A DNA stretch of 64,000 nt. Source: Phoronis australis (lineage: Eukaryota; Animalia; Phoronida). The stretch's first letter is position 1, and the number at the start of each line of letters is the position of its first letter. The stretch lies in NCBI GenBank assembly GCA_002633005.1, contig NMRA01000027.1, positions 657,265 to 721,264 of the forward strand, written 5' to 3'. Made by a program: the position numbers and the translations under genes. Shown piece by piece: positions 1-13,300 of the stretch. The notes under the pieces are model-generated. The model worked only from the letters and a program-made list of their open reading frames with translations. It ran no database searches and had not been told where the DNA came from.

Positions 1-1139
1 AAACAATGAGATGCTTTGGATTATACTTTTGACTAAACTTTTGTCTCATTAATTAGCAGTATAGATTGACTATATTTGAGGTCTATATTCTGCATTTCAA
101 ATCACGCACAGCACTTACAGATACACAGAACAATTGACGAGAAAATCTTAGGACCGATATGAATAAAAAATCACTTTCATTTCCCTGGATTTGACACCTG
201 TGTTTTTTATTCGAAATTTCGACTTTCCCGCCAGAATTGTCACGTCGTTAAAAGCACACAGATCGTTTTAAGAAACGACTGATTGTCAGTTGTTCATAAA
301 GATCATGAAACAATAAAGTACAGGGCCTGATACGAATTACAATTCACAGGCAATAGGAGTCAGTAGCGCCACCAAGAGGTGCGCTCAAGATGTCAATGAT
401 AGGCATAGTGTCTGTCAAGTGTCCACATTAAAAGGCACTTCCCACTGGCACCGAAGCTTCTGTGCTGCCGAAGCTTCGGTCAATGGGAACACTTATCTTC
501 CGTCTTGAATCGAAGTTAACAGCGCATCGAAATAAATAGGCGGATTTAACAGCGAAGCTTCGACGCTTCACTAAAATTTGAAACACTTAACTTCGATGTC
601 ACCGGTATTATCGGCAGGGGTTGACTGCCAGCGTTTGCCAACAGCGGGCAGTTATTATTTTGTTCTAATAATTATTATTTTGGCGGTATAAGCATTCTGC
701 TTCAATTTATCCACGTATTTGATGGTTCATTTACATTAAAAAATCCCTGAACGTGTAGTGTACGAAAAACGAGATTCCGCTACGCCATACTGCCTTTGTT
801 TGGATCAGGTGTTAGCCTGCTGAAGAGTCACATTTTTAACATCTCATTTTCTAGTACATCGTCATCGTCCCAACGTGGCAACGGTTGGCTGCCTCGTGAA
901 GATGACGTTTTAGTTTCCATGTGGGGAGAGGGAGAAGTCTCGTTTTTGATTGCAAGCACTGTCAAAAACAGCGAGGTCATATGACCAAATGTCATATTAG
1001 CACTGCCTTGCGATAACTTCGCTGAACTATAACTCCGAACAGTTAACATCGAAGCTTCAGTAGTAGCGAACTTAACTGTATGGGAAAAGGACTTAAGACT
1101 GGGCGCACAAGGGGAATGAAAAGTCTTGTGTCACGTGAT

Positions 1140-1420
1140 GAAATGAGTGCCCCTCTTGTGGGAATCGATGGAAACAGTACCGGACGCGCATGCTGGGAAA
1201 TGAGAAGACGTAATAGTGTCCTCCTTGCGAGAATCAGAAGAAACATTGAGACTAGGCACACAAGATGGAATGAGAAGATTTGATAGTGTCCCTCTTGTGG
1301 GTATCGTTAGGAACATTGGCAAGGCGCACATCAAAATTGAGAGGACGTAACAGTGTCTCTCTTGTGGGAATCAGTGAAAACACACAGGATGGGAAGTTAT
1401 TGGTATGCTGCCCCTCTTGT
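1140..1420. repeat. Degenerate minisatellite, ~67-70-bp unit, about 4.5 copies
   Basis: The core AGTGYCYCTCTTGTGGGAATC recurs at ~1146, 1215, 1285, 1352 and 1409. The intervening sequence is also related between units (GAAACA..., GCACA, AATGAGAAGA). Confidence 0.75.
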
Positions 1421-2229
1421 ACACAAGTTTGCAGAATGCTTTCAGATCCACTTATTCAGAAACTGTACAAAATGTCCATTTTAACAGACATACGCTGTGG
1501 TACTTGTAAACAACCATTAATCGTTTGGCTTAGGAGACTCTGACATATTGTTAAATGATAGGTGAGCAACACTAACAGACATTAAATTGTATCTTTTCTC
1601 TTGTTATTGACTGAAAACCAATCCCTATAATGTAATTAATCAAGCAACGACTTATTAAAAACGGACATACCAATGATTACTATTATTGTATTAAAGTCAA
1701 CCATTGCTAACAAGATTCCAACATAGGGATCGTCTTACATCAAACTTGTACGTTACATCATTGGGATGACGTGAGCTTTACCTGAATAAGGGGTGCTTCA
1801 GTCAAACTGCTATCAATACTTGACAAGGAGGTTATGATAACATGGAGCTCTGAATATGTGTTTTAAAGTTGTTTTATTGTTGACTTCCATGAATTATTGT
1901 TCTGAAATATTGTCACCGGCGTTCACAGTTTGTTTCTATATCCCTCCATCATTTTTGTACTAGTTACACACAACAGCTTGTTTTGGAGTTTCTGACGATA
2001 ACTTTGGTTAATATTTAAAATAAAGTTTGAAAATGTACGATATGTGTGGTGAGCGTGGCTTATTGCGGAGTATATACCTTAGGATTTAGGAAGGAGTGGG
2101 TCACGGGCCCGAGCGTGACAAAAAAAACAAACAAAAAAACCCACACACTTCGGCATGCCATCGTGAGGGGCTACGTGGACATTTTTCCTTTGATAATTGC
2201 GGTTGGTGCACTATTATGAACTCTTAGAT

Positions 2230-2386
2230 CAGCCTCCAGTTCAGTAACGCTAGGACCTCGGTAAAAAGCAAGACTTCGCGAGATTACTTGAAATATTACC
2301 GTATATTTTAAATGAGAAAACGTGACTTTGACTAGGTTTTAGCTAGGTCCTAGCGTAGGTCCTAGCGTCTACTGAACGCACGCCTG
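2230..2386 (+). mobile_element. MITE with terminal inverted repeats, PIF/Harbinger-like (family A, copy 1)
   Basis: Ends are GTTCAGTAACGCTAGGACCT ... AGGTCCTAGCGTCTACTGAAC with CAG/CTG flanks. A homologous inverted copy lies at 61620-61776. Confidence 0.75.
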
Positions 2387-3764
2387 CTTATGTTTGTGCA
2401 CAGGGGAGTTAATATTGGCTTTTCGCCTTCCATCACAAAAACTGATTACTAATTTCCTTTATGAAATTGGTCTCAACTTGTTCCATAGTCAAATTAGTAG
2501 TAATTTCAGGGCTTCGCGGAAAGAACTGACATTTTTTTATTGTTTGAGACAAGGCTCTACAATTTGACTTGTCACAGCTTGTTATTTTATGCGCCGAGCT
2601 TGGTCCCAAGAACTCAACTGTCAGTTTGTTGGGAGCCCAGAACTCACTGTCACCTGTGAAAGGAACATGTTGAGACACATTTTACAGCGGTAAGTGACCT
2701 AATTCATAAGTTCATTTCTTGGGGGGAACGCCGGCTTATTTCCGCTTTAACAGCACCGAACTTAAAAGCGGCGAAGAAACGTCGGGATTGACAGTTCCGA
2801 ACTTTTACAAAACAGTTTTACGTACGCGTATGTGTATACAAACAACGCAGGGTTTGTCAGGAAATCCATGTTTTTGTTTTCTCAACAAGGAGTGTTGCAT
2901 TTTGAAAGTGTGATGGTTTAGCGAGTGACGTTGAAGTCAACCGGAATCGAAAATACTAACCAATGAAAGATGATTTCAATGTTTCCCGTATTCAGCGCCA
3001 GATGTCGGGGTAAGTAGCATACCACCCCCCGAAGACGTTTGTATTGACAGTCATTCATCGACAGAATATTACGAGTTTGTAGTTATTCCCCATAATTCAC
3101 ATAGTTACAAAGCGTTTATTACAGATTTTTTTGTGAAATTTCTGTGAACGCTGTGATATTAAAATGCTCTAAAATCGGCCAATCTCACAAAGCATTTGAT
3201 TTCAGTTCGGACTAAAAATTCCGGTTTACATTTTTCTTATCAATATGTTAATTTCTATTGTTGACAAACAGACGGATAGCAAAACATGTTTAAGGTGCTG
3301 TCAAATAATGATTTTCTATCTTTTATGAGTAGTCACACCGCAGAATAACATCCTTCAGTAATGTAAATTATTTTACGCGGTTCAATTAGCTAATACAAGT
3401 TGACGGATATCTGGAAGCCAGAGACATTCATCCAGCACTCGTCTGGTGTCAGGATGTTCATAAGTACGGCTAGAGGCGCCTAGCGCGTCCTACGCTGGAT
3501 CGCTTTATGTAGCATAAGTGGCCGATAAACAGCTTTGAAAATAAACCATCTCTTGTGAAAATAATCGAACGGAAATGGTGGCGATCACTTTCAATTGTTT
3601 TAACAATGTAGAATGATACGTGCGATAAGACGACCTGTCATTGTTGTGTTCCCTGCTGCCAGATTTACCCTTCTACGACTGCACAGCGAAATAGCGTTAC
3701 ATCACACCTTTTATTTAAAGCAAACCTTAGTGTGTACGGAATGTTTTTTATGGTAAATAACCCT

Positions 3765-4008
3765 GTTGCAAATGAATAAATCTGTACCTTTCATTTACCT
3801 GCATAAATAAATAGTTCTCGATTGAATTCGAGACCTGTAAGTTCGTAGAATTCGCCAGATTCCAGTTCACATATTATACCATGATAAATGTCTATATTAC
3901 AAATAAATGAAGTTGCAACAGTTCATTTGCCTGCACGGATAATCAGTCCTCGGTTGAATCTTGTTAATAGAATTGATGACATGTAAATGTGTAGAATTCG
4001 CCAGGTTT
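3765..4008. repeat. Degenerate direct duplication (~145-bp period, 2 copies)
   Basis: GTTGCAA...TTCATTTRCCTGCA...TCTCGATTGAAT/CCTCGGTTGAAT...GTAGAATTCGCCAG occurs twice. Confidence 0.6.
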
Positions 4009-4494
4009 ATTATTAGCTCAGAATATGATCAGAAAACTAGAAGTAAATTCTCTGAAAACGATGTTTCTATTCGCTGAAATGTGAATAATCCAAATCAATA
4101 TTCGCGTGCACGTTTTTACTTTGATTAGAATCTTCATCTGAGTCGTTGAATGTTGTCACAGATCTCATCTTTCAATAATATATACGTGCATCCTTGCTTC
4201 CGGTGACCTGCGCGTGCCCACGTGTTTCAGGCTGCGTTCCGTAGACGCAAGACACTCGCGAAGCATTTACAGCGAGAAATCTTCGCTTATTGAACGGAAA
4301 CGGTGAATTATATCCCATAATTCAACACCAGTTACTTCAGTGGCCGCCAGTTCGTACTAATACTCGCAAAACCATCGCCTTTTGCTCGCGTGATTTTGTG
4401 TAGTCTTGCGTGCTATTACCCAAGTTTCTCGCGTCTGCGGATCGCGCTAAAATTAAAATCGTAACTACTTGAGCATATCTAGTTGACAAATTAC

Positions 4495-5013
4495 TTCCTG
4501 AACACCTCGGGTATTTGTATAGCCTCAAATTTCCCTTTAGAGATGTGCTTTATCTGGGCATGCTTGAATTTCAACCTTATGAAAAATAATTCTCCAATTT
4601 TGAGAGCCACGTGACTTTTGCTTCATGGCTGATGTCTGCATATGCCCAGATAACGTTCACCTCCGAGAGGGAATTTGAGGCTACGAAAATACCAGAGGAG
4701 GTTTTCGGGTAAATTTGGGGCATCCTGAATACCCGAAATATTTCCCTATCCTCACATTATCCCTCGAAGGTGTTTTATTTCTGCCCATGTGCGAACTTTT
4801 AATCATTAGTGCACTTCAAGTTGCTCTCAAGATGGAGAATGGAGTAATTTGACCGGAACTGTGATTTATTAACACCCTCGAAGCAATGACAATACAGTTA
4901 CACATCTTTATGCAACTATATAACTTGGGGCTAAGAAAAATTTCGAGGTGTTCCCAAATCTTTGGTGTTCCATGTGAATTTGAGGCTACGAAAATACCCG
5001 AGGTGTTCCGAAT
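4495..5013. mobile_element. Foldback/MITE-like element with long inverted repeats and reiterated terminal motif
   Basis: GAACACCTCGGGTATTTGTATAGCCTCAAATT (~4500) is the inverse of AATTTGAGGCTACGAAAATACC(A/C)GAGG at ~4672 and ~4977. TTATCTGGGCAT (4550) pairs with ATGCCCAGATAA (4642). Confidence 0.7.
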
Positions 5014-6159
5014 GACAAATACGCAGTCGTGAAACTAAGCTATTAAAAAAAACAGGCAATCGCTTTTGTTGAGAACACCAGTTCAATTCAACTGAAACTC
5101 TGGTAGTGTATTGAGTACTGGAACATGCCTGTAAATTTTATTGGTCAAATGATCATCAGTCTTTTTAACTCCGATGCATAACACAATGAATGTCATGTTG
5201 TTTCATTGTGTTATTTTCTTAACAGTGCCACTAATGTACCTGATTTATACAATATTATGAAACTGTTTAAATGTCAGTCCGTAATACACGGTTTTACTTC
5301 AGACATTTTACTTAGCTTTCTGTTGGCAATGAGGCGATTTAAACGAGAAAACATAAAAGAGTGAAAACCGAGTTCCCCTTGAATTTGGATTTGATAAATT
5401 ACGGTGCTTTTGTAACAATTTTTTATCAACTCAATTCTCAAATATTCTGATTAGATAAACAAGAAACTCACTTTTTGTTACCGCCTACTGACTAGGCTAG
5501 AAATAGTATCATTTTTGAAATTATTATTTTTCACGTCACAGCAAACTGACTCAGTTTCTTAAATTGTCTTCTCAGTGTTGATAGAAACACAAATAATTCA
5601 AAATAAATTCTTTTGAATATTTTTTGTAAAACTATTTTTTATTGTTTGCAGCCAGACTATTTTTTGATAATTGATACTTTGATGACTGACGAATTAACTT
5701 GCTATTGAAAGCAAAAACACAAAGAAAAAATAGTATTTTTTATGTTGTTTTTGTATAATTATTTGGGCTTTATAAGCACTAAAGTCTCGTTATTCAGTAA
5801 AATGCTCTTAAAGCCATTTTGTCTGCACAGCACATTTATTGCGAAATGACACCGTCTGCGCCGTTAAGTCTTTAGTGGCTTTTAGAACTAATTTCTTACG
5901 CTTGGTTTGATGGCTTAACTGATACCAAAAAATCGAAAATTAGCTTCACTAGCGCCGCGTCTCATATATAGTTTGAAATTTTAATGGGTTGAATGAAAGG
6001 CCAATCAGTCGTGATAAACCGACATAAATCTGGCATCAAATCGGGGGTTGCAGCATTATTTGAGGAATACCTATCGCGTTCATTTTCAGAGCTAAAATTC
6101 GGTGAATAACCGAACTAAAGAAGGGATTGTTGATTTATGCACGACTGACGGAGATATAA

Positions 6160-6307
6160 ATGCACGGATCAGTTATGTGTGCACTGCTCAGTTATATATG
6201 CTCGGCTCAGTTTTGTATGCACGGCTCAGTTTTGTACGCACGGCTCAGTTTTGTATGCACGGCTCAGTTTTGTATGCACGGCTCAGTTTTGTATGCATGG
6301 CTCAGTT
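6160..6307. repeat. 20-bp tandem repeat (ATGCACGGCTCAGTTTTGT-type), about 7 copies
   Basis: The tandem units are directly visible and explain the repetitive ORFs 6102-6431 and 6160-6393. Confidence 0.92.
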
Positions 6308-9300
6308 ACTTACAAATGCAACTGAAAACCTACGATGTGTGTTCTTGTATTTTTATGAGACTGTGCCGAAAACGTGCAGCAGAACGAGACTGACAGTTTC
6401 ACTTCTCTTGTGTAATCGAATGTATTTTTAAAAAAGAATAGATATGAAACTTTGGTTGGTGGATGTTTCTGAATCCTTTCGTTTTCAAACATCATTACTA
6501 TTGTTGGTTGTGAGAATTACTTATAGTTCTCGAGATCAAGTATTTAGTGAGTCACCATAACCACTGAGGAATTGAAACAAAAATTTACATTGAAATCTAC
6601 ATTAGGGATGGCCCTCCGGACGATGTGAATTGAAGCCGTCACTGAATATGTCATGATACGAGGCATGAACTTCGCTGCAACAGAATTAGCTAAAATGTTC
6701 CAGTTATTTTCCACATTTATTTAAATAGCGGATTATGTATATTACAAACACGAAATACGAGAGGACATGTGTCTGTAGCGTTCTGTGCAAAACAAACAAA
6801 TTCACTTCTAGTGTTACAAATAGCTCCGCCCCCCTCATTAGTGCTCTCTGGGTTCCCAATCACGTGGCGAAGGTTGCTATCATATGACGGTCGACTCCCT
6901 GGAGACGGACCATAACTCGCCAACAATCTGTCGTTGTCACTGCGCGAACGCAGCAGTGTCGTCTGCTTATCTTTCCAACGCATTATTAGTGACATCACTT
7001 CAATATAATATCATTAATGAAATAAATAGCACAGATGCCACTTCTGGGAGCGGTGGAAGGAAGTGTTTGCGGCAAGCAAGACTCGAATATACCTAAGTTG
7101 CCACAACAATTTGGTTAAAACTCTCTTATTACTTTGGTTTTGTACATACAGATGTATTTATATATTTCGCGGCCGCTGAAGAAATTTTATTAGTAGTTTT
7201 AAACACAAAGAACAGCTTGATATTTATAATTTTGAAAATTTACGAATGTCTAAAATTATTTTAGTATTAGAATTTGTTACCTGACAATAATTAATACAAG
7301 TAATTAATTATCGACATTTTATGTACCTACTTAGCCATATATTTTCGTTATGCTACTTGTCTTAAAATATCCTTTGCATTAAATGTTTTGCCGCAACTGA
7401 GGTTAAGATTATCGGCTCTGATCAACAATGCGTTCGGAGTAACAAACATATCTATTCAATGTTTTAAGTAGTTTCCGTTTTTGTCCACAATACAATCGGT
7501 TACTTCCTACAAAACAAACCTTGTTGATAGCATAATCTCGGTATACCGCTCCGAGCGGAACTCCCAAGTTGGTAGACTTCTGTGGTACTTTTCTTTCCGG
7601 TATGCCAATAATAGATTTATTAGTTAACAAGAATTTCACTTTCTATCAAACTAACAGGTCAAATCAGGGTCTAAGTTCTTTCCATTTCTAATGAATTTTC
7701 TGTGATATTTGGTCAAATGATTCTCGCACATAAAATTTATGCCAGGATTGATCTTTCCAATGTTGTGCATTTTTCGGAATATGATTTAATTTAAAATCTA
7801 GAATCTGTGAAAAGATGCCTCGTGATTTAACTACGTCGTGCTTATCTCATTTAGCTCAGAAATACACGTAATGTTTCCTTTTAGCAAAAATCGCAAAACT
7901 GCCCCCCTGCATACAAATAATCCAACGGATTCACAAATACTGGCCTTTGAAAACCACGTCGTTTTTGTTTAAACAGATGTGAATGAATTTTTAAAAATCT
8001 AATTTAAAAGCATTCCACAAAATAATTACATTTGAACTTACTTGAATCACGCATGCGCAGTACGTGCCATGTTTTTAAACAATCCGTTGCTTCCAACATA
8101 TTGAGGGTAATACTAGAACCGCTTGTGTGTTATCACTCAACCGACTTTATGTAGCCGTTGTGCAGTTACATCCACAAAAATAACAATTTTCATAAATTGT
8201 AAATTCAGCCATAAAAAGATCGTCTGAACAAATAAACTCATTTAGTGCTCTCAGCGAGCGATTAAAGCGTAGAACTTCTTCTTTCACAATTTTTGTACTC
8301 ATGTCTTGGTTTAAAATTTTAATATTTTCAATTTGAAACTCAATAAAAAGCCGTATCATTTTTTGACACTTTAAGCAAGTAACATGCGGCTCTCGAATAA
8401 AGGTAAATAAAGTAAAATTCAACTTGAATTAAACATTTTTGTAATAGGCTAACAATTAGCTGGTGCGATAAAATATTATACTGTACTTCTGTGAACTTAC
8501 ATTTGGTTTAAATTCTCAAGGAAGTTCGGGAAAGAATTATATAATTTTTCCGTATCGCATTTCTTCTCTGGCTGAATGATAACTCCCATCGACATATTTA
8601 CTTTATTTACATAAATTTTCTTGGAAGTTGGTGGCTTCAACGAAATTATAATAAATGGCCCATTGATAAAATAATCCCACGATTAAAGGAACACATTTAC
8701 CAAAACTTCACGTTGAAACCTGACGTTTGCTTTACTTCTCATACACGATTCGCATGAGAATTTGCTCTGACATAATGATCTTAGTATAAACTCGAGAAGT
8801 CTGCTTGTTTCGGTAAAAGTAAAACTTGCGTTCGCACTCAGTTCCCTCAGGTTGGGACACTTGTTATTCCCCTAATATCCTAGACCGATAAGTATTTCAA
8901 CCACGCTGTTCAGCCGATGACACTGTCTTGATCCCTGCGGGCGAGGGATTTGTAACTTAAGCAAGCCATGAGAAATTTCCACATGATCAGCAAGTAAAAT
9001 ATACACAACTTTGACTGATTAAGAGTAACGTAAGCAATAGGCCAATTTTCACACGCAGTCTGTTGTCTTCAGCATGCTATCCGACAGATGTCACTGAAGC
9101 AGCACGTACTGTTGAAAGCGACCCGACACTTATCCAGCGCAAAGGGTAATATCTATTTATGTGAAGATGCTAATATTTCACTGTTTCAAAAACACACTTG
9201 GTAGGAACCTGTGAAACGAAGCGCGTATTTGAAGCTTATTTTTCACATTTACTTTTATTATCTGCAAACAAATGTTTCAATAGAGCATTTTCAATAGTTG

Positions 9301-10029
9301 TATAATAAGGTTGCTCGCTAACTTTCTCCATTTCAGTAAGACCAGTGCAAGCCCGCGCGTGACAACTAAATGATTCAACCAGCGTCCTCTAAAAAGATTT
9401 CCCTCCAAATCCTTGTAATCAAGATAAGTGGGTGTTTCCATTAATCTAACAAGACTGTTTTTGTTGGCGACTATTTTCATAGTTGTGTCAAATCCAAACA
9501 ATGCCTCTTGTCAGTCGGGTCTAGTAGAACCTGTTAACGATGACTAGTATTATCGCGGCAAGGAACCTTTTACGCCGTGGAGATAATAATTCGATATGTC
9601 ACGCGCATCCTCACACCACAATAGCGAACACAGTGAGAACTGTCATTTACCACAAATGGCAATCGCCAGGGGGAGTAAAATGTATCGACGATAATTTCAA
9701 ATTCTCTATTACAGCTCTCGCTAATAACACCGCGTCACTTGACAGGAATATTTGATTCCTAATTATACTTTGGTTTAACGTCGAGTTGACTGACTGAGGT
9801 GGCTTTTTCAGTAAGAAATGTTGATATAGCTGAGGTAGCATTGTCAAAAGATAATTACAACAATCTAATGTCACAGATACTACTGCAGAAGTTTGGTAGG
9901 AAGATCGTTCAAAACACCGTGAAAAGGGTCGAAAACTCACAGATACATTGACAACTTCGTTTTGATTCTCAACCACTCGACCATCAGATGGCGCGCCAAA
10001 AAGGAGAACAGTAAAGTTAACGAAGTGGT

Positions 10030-10340
10030 ATTGAAATCAGTTATCTTATAATAATACTAACAGTAGTATCAGTGATCTTTGAACAATAACGTTACGATTT
10101 ACAAGGACACTTGTCTTATAATAATTACTTACAACAGTTGTATTAAATCTGTAATATTATACTTATAATAACATTGTGATTCTCATAATCAGTAATAATA
10201 AAATTATAATTTGCAAAACCAGTGGTCTTATGAAAATAATAACATGATTGACAAGACCAGCTATCCTGTAATGGTAAAACTGTGATTTACAAACTTAGTG
10301 ATCTCACGATAGTAACAACAATTATATCGAAATCAGATTG
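10030..10340. repeat. Highly degenerate AT-rich minisatellite (~35-40-bp period)
   Basis: A CAGTKRTCTTATAATAATAAC...GATTTACAA-like motif recurs across the region. Confidence 0.55.
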
Positions 10341-13300
10341 TAAGTACCAAAACAGTTATGTTATTTGTATTATAAATTTTATTATTCAATATTACTTATG
10401 AGTAAGCGGTGTATGATAGCAAACTGACGAAAGAACAATTTAAGATTAAAACGACGGAATGAAAAGATTTATGAAATGGAAAATACACATACATAATGGA
10501 CAGCAAATAAATTAAAAATAAGATAAAATAAAATTGTAAAAGGTGACGGAGCGATTAAGTTGAGCGAAACACAAACAGGGCACAGGGACTTAATAAGATA
10601 GCAAATCTTGCGACTCTTGTTGAAAGTGTGCAGAGAAGTGTTCCTTCTGATAACATGTACAAGATTGGTCCATAACGAATTGGACAACGAAAAAAAATTC
10701 AGTACCTAGTGTTATGAATGTTTTTATGAGCAAATACAACTATCATCGGAGTGAAAGGTGTGTTGTTTAGACGTGATCAAGGAGGGATGGGTTGCCTAAT
10801 TAAGAATTTCGGACAATAGCAATAGCTATTTAAATTTCAAATGGGTCATATTTTCAACACAGACATGTTTTATTTTTTGTTTTACATCAATATTCTAAAA
10901 CTGTTTACCCGACATTATTACCTTAGCAGCTTGGGGATGACTTGCCAACTCTTACGCCACACCTGACACGGCCCAGTTTCAATTCGTAAGGTGGAGAAAA
11001 ATTCTTAGCGCTTCTAAACACTAGCGCTTATTCAAAATGACTAGTTTGGCATTCATGTCCCACTAAGTAGAAGAGGAGTCGAAAATTTTATGGTTATCAA
11101 AAATTGTCGTGTCACTCCGTTGTTGCAAACAAGAGATAAATTGAATTAATTCGGCGACTGACGATGATCATCCAAAGATTCCAACATAATAACAGTCTAA
11201 GATGACAAGCACACCATTGGCGCATTGTGCTCGTCCAGGTAATCGAACAGTAATGGGGGAGCGATACCCACCAATTTGCCGCACGACGTGTCATAATCAT
11301 ACCCGTCCTCCCCGCTGCAACATTGACAAGTATTGTCAAGTCTGTAGACAGCGGACAAGTTCCCGTGGCTAAAAAGTAGCTGATGTTATCGTGTGGAAGG
11401 GGAGTGTGAACTCTTTGCTTTGATTACTTTTAAATGACCAATAAACCAACACCTTCTGTCAGAAGCCATCTTTTGACTTAGACTACTGACTTTTATAAAA
11501 ATGCCTTCCGCATGTTGCTGACTCAGTTTAGAAGTGAGTTCTTGGCTTGAGAAGAACTGACCGGTCATTCAAGCCTCAGTGCAGGATTATCAAGTTGTAT
11601 GTCTCACGGCGGGTTAGTTTCACACGCCAAGACAGTGTGACCGTCAATAGAATGTCAGGTGATGTATTGTAACCCATTCCAATTGAAATGGAGACTGGGA
11701 TGACGCTGTTGTGTAGGAACACATGCAACTGTAAAAACCGTTGATCATTCTAACACCAGGGATTGAGGTTTCCGTTGGCATGGCCCGCGTGGCCTGCGTG
11801 GAGTAAATTTATAATTACGTACACGAATAATGCGACGAAATTGATTGAGTTTCGAGACGAAGTCGAAGTCTAGACTCAATTCGGAGTTGAGCCTCTGGGC
11901 CAATACAATGGTTTTGTAGCGGATTTGATTAATAAAATGATTCGCGATAAATGGTCAAGTAGGAGGTCTCCTCAGTGATTTTAAAGAGCAACTGTAGAAA
12001 GCATATATCGCCTCATTAAAAATAGAATTAAGCAGAAGTTAATAAAGCGCCAGCAACAAAAGCTTGTGTAGATTATACCGTGTCAGTCAAGTCTGAAACA
12101 CGTGTATGTTGACAGTCTGAAAGGAAAGGTAATCATATTCCGAAAATCAAAGGTTTTGTTAGAACTAAATCCGTAATTAACACCTTTGAGACGTCCGCAG
12201 CGCTTGCAACATTCATAGTAATTCGAATTTGTTTAATCACTTCGTTAAAATATGTTGAAATATCTTGCGATACGAAATGTCATCGCCTACGCTGATTTTT
12301 TGATTCTATGGCAGATTTCTCGTCTGCGGTTGTCTCTACTTTCAGCACATTACATTTGAATATTAATATTTCACGTGACATTTACAACGAGATGCTCTAA
12401 TGATGGTGTCCGTTGTCTTGGGTTCACGCGCCATCTTGTTGGCGTGAGTTTGTTCACTGCTCGTAATCAGTGCGAATTAGTCATCGATGTTTATTGCTTC
12501 AGCATGGAATACATAAACAAACAAACTGTTATTTTTGTATTCTGTAATTGTTTAGTGAAATCATCCCAGCATCAATGCGTTATCTGTGCATGCTAATGTC
12601 ATTAATTTGTTTACAAAGTTTACTGAGTCACTATGAAAGCACCATATAATCTTTACAAGATGCCAACCGACCGCCTTCCTCTACAGATAGCGTCCAACGA
12701 TTATTGACCCAACTAATTAGTTCATAATTACCCGTACACTTAGCATTTGGTTTCGCTTGTATTGCCTGGATGAGCAGTAGTCAGATACATATAGGCGGAT
12801 TACCAGGGATAATTTGAAAGTATTGTTATTACTGGGTACCAATTGCAAGAGCCCAGCCGGATGAGTGGTCTAATCGAGTCTGGATTAAGATTATAGTGCG
12901 GAATTGACGAGAACCGATCGTGTCGATTTACAACCGTGCACTCATTAAGGTTTTAATCTTGTTAACTCAACTGCCATGGCTCATGTTTTCTACTTCAAGT
13001 ATTTTGGATAAACAAATCATGTAGCCGACTAACACTGTTGGGTTACGTCTGAGTTCTATCCGAAGTCGGCCATGGTGAAATTACACCAGAAACGAAGGGA
13101 GCGTCATCTGCGTAGCAAAAATGTTAGCGCCTTGTGGGTGATGAACAAGACATCGTAGCTATTCGGTTTAATTAGAAACCATGCTTTATTTCAGCCTGTT
13201 TGAATCTTGTTTGTGAAACTAATTGAGCTAGACTTAGAAATTTAACAAGATACATTAGTAGTTAGGTGAATAATCGTTGTATTCTTTTCCTGCTTTTATG

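Noticed and set aside
1140-1420. Repeat-spacer-like array with a ~68-bp period resembling CRISPR
   Set aside because: The 'spacers' are homologous to each other, the repeats are degenerate, there are no cas genes, and the context is an animal genome. It is a minisatellite.
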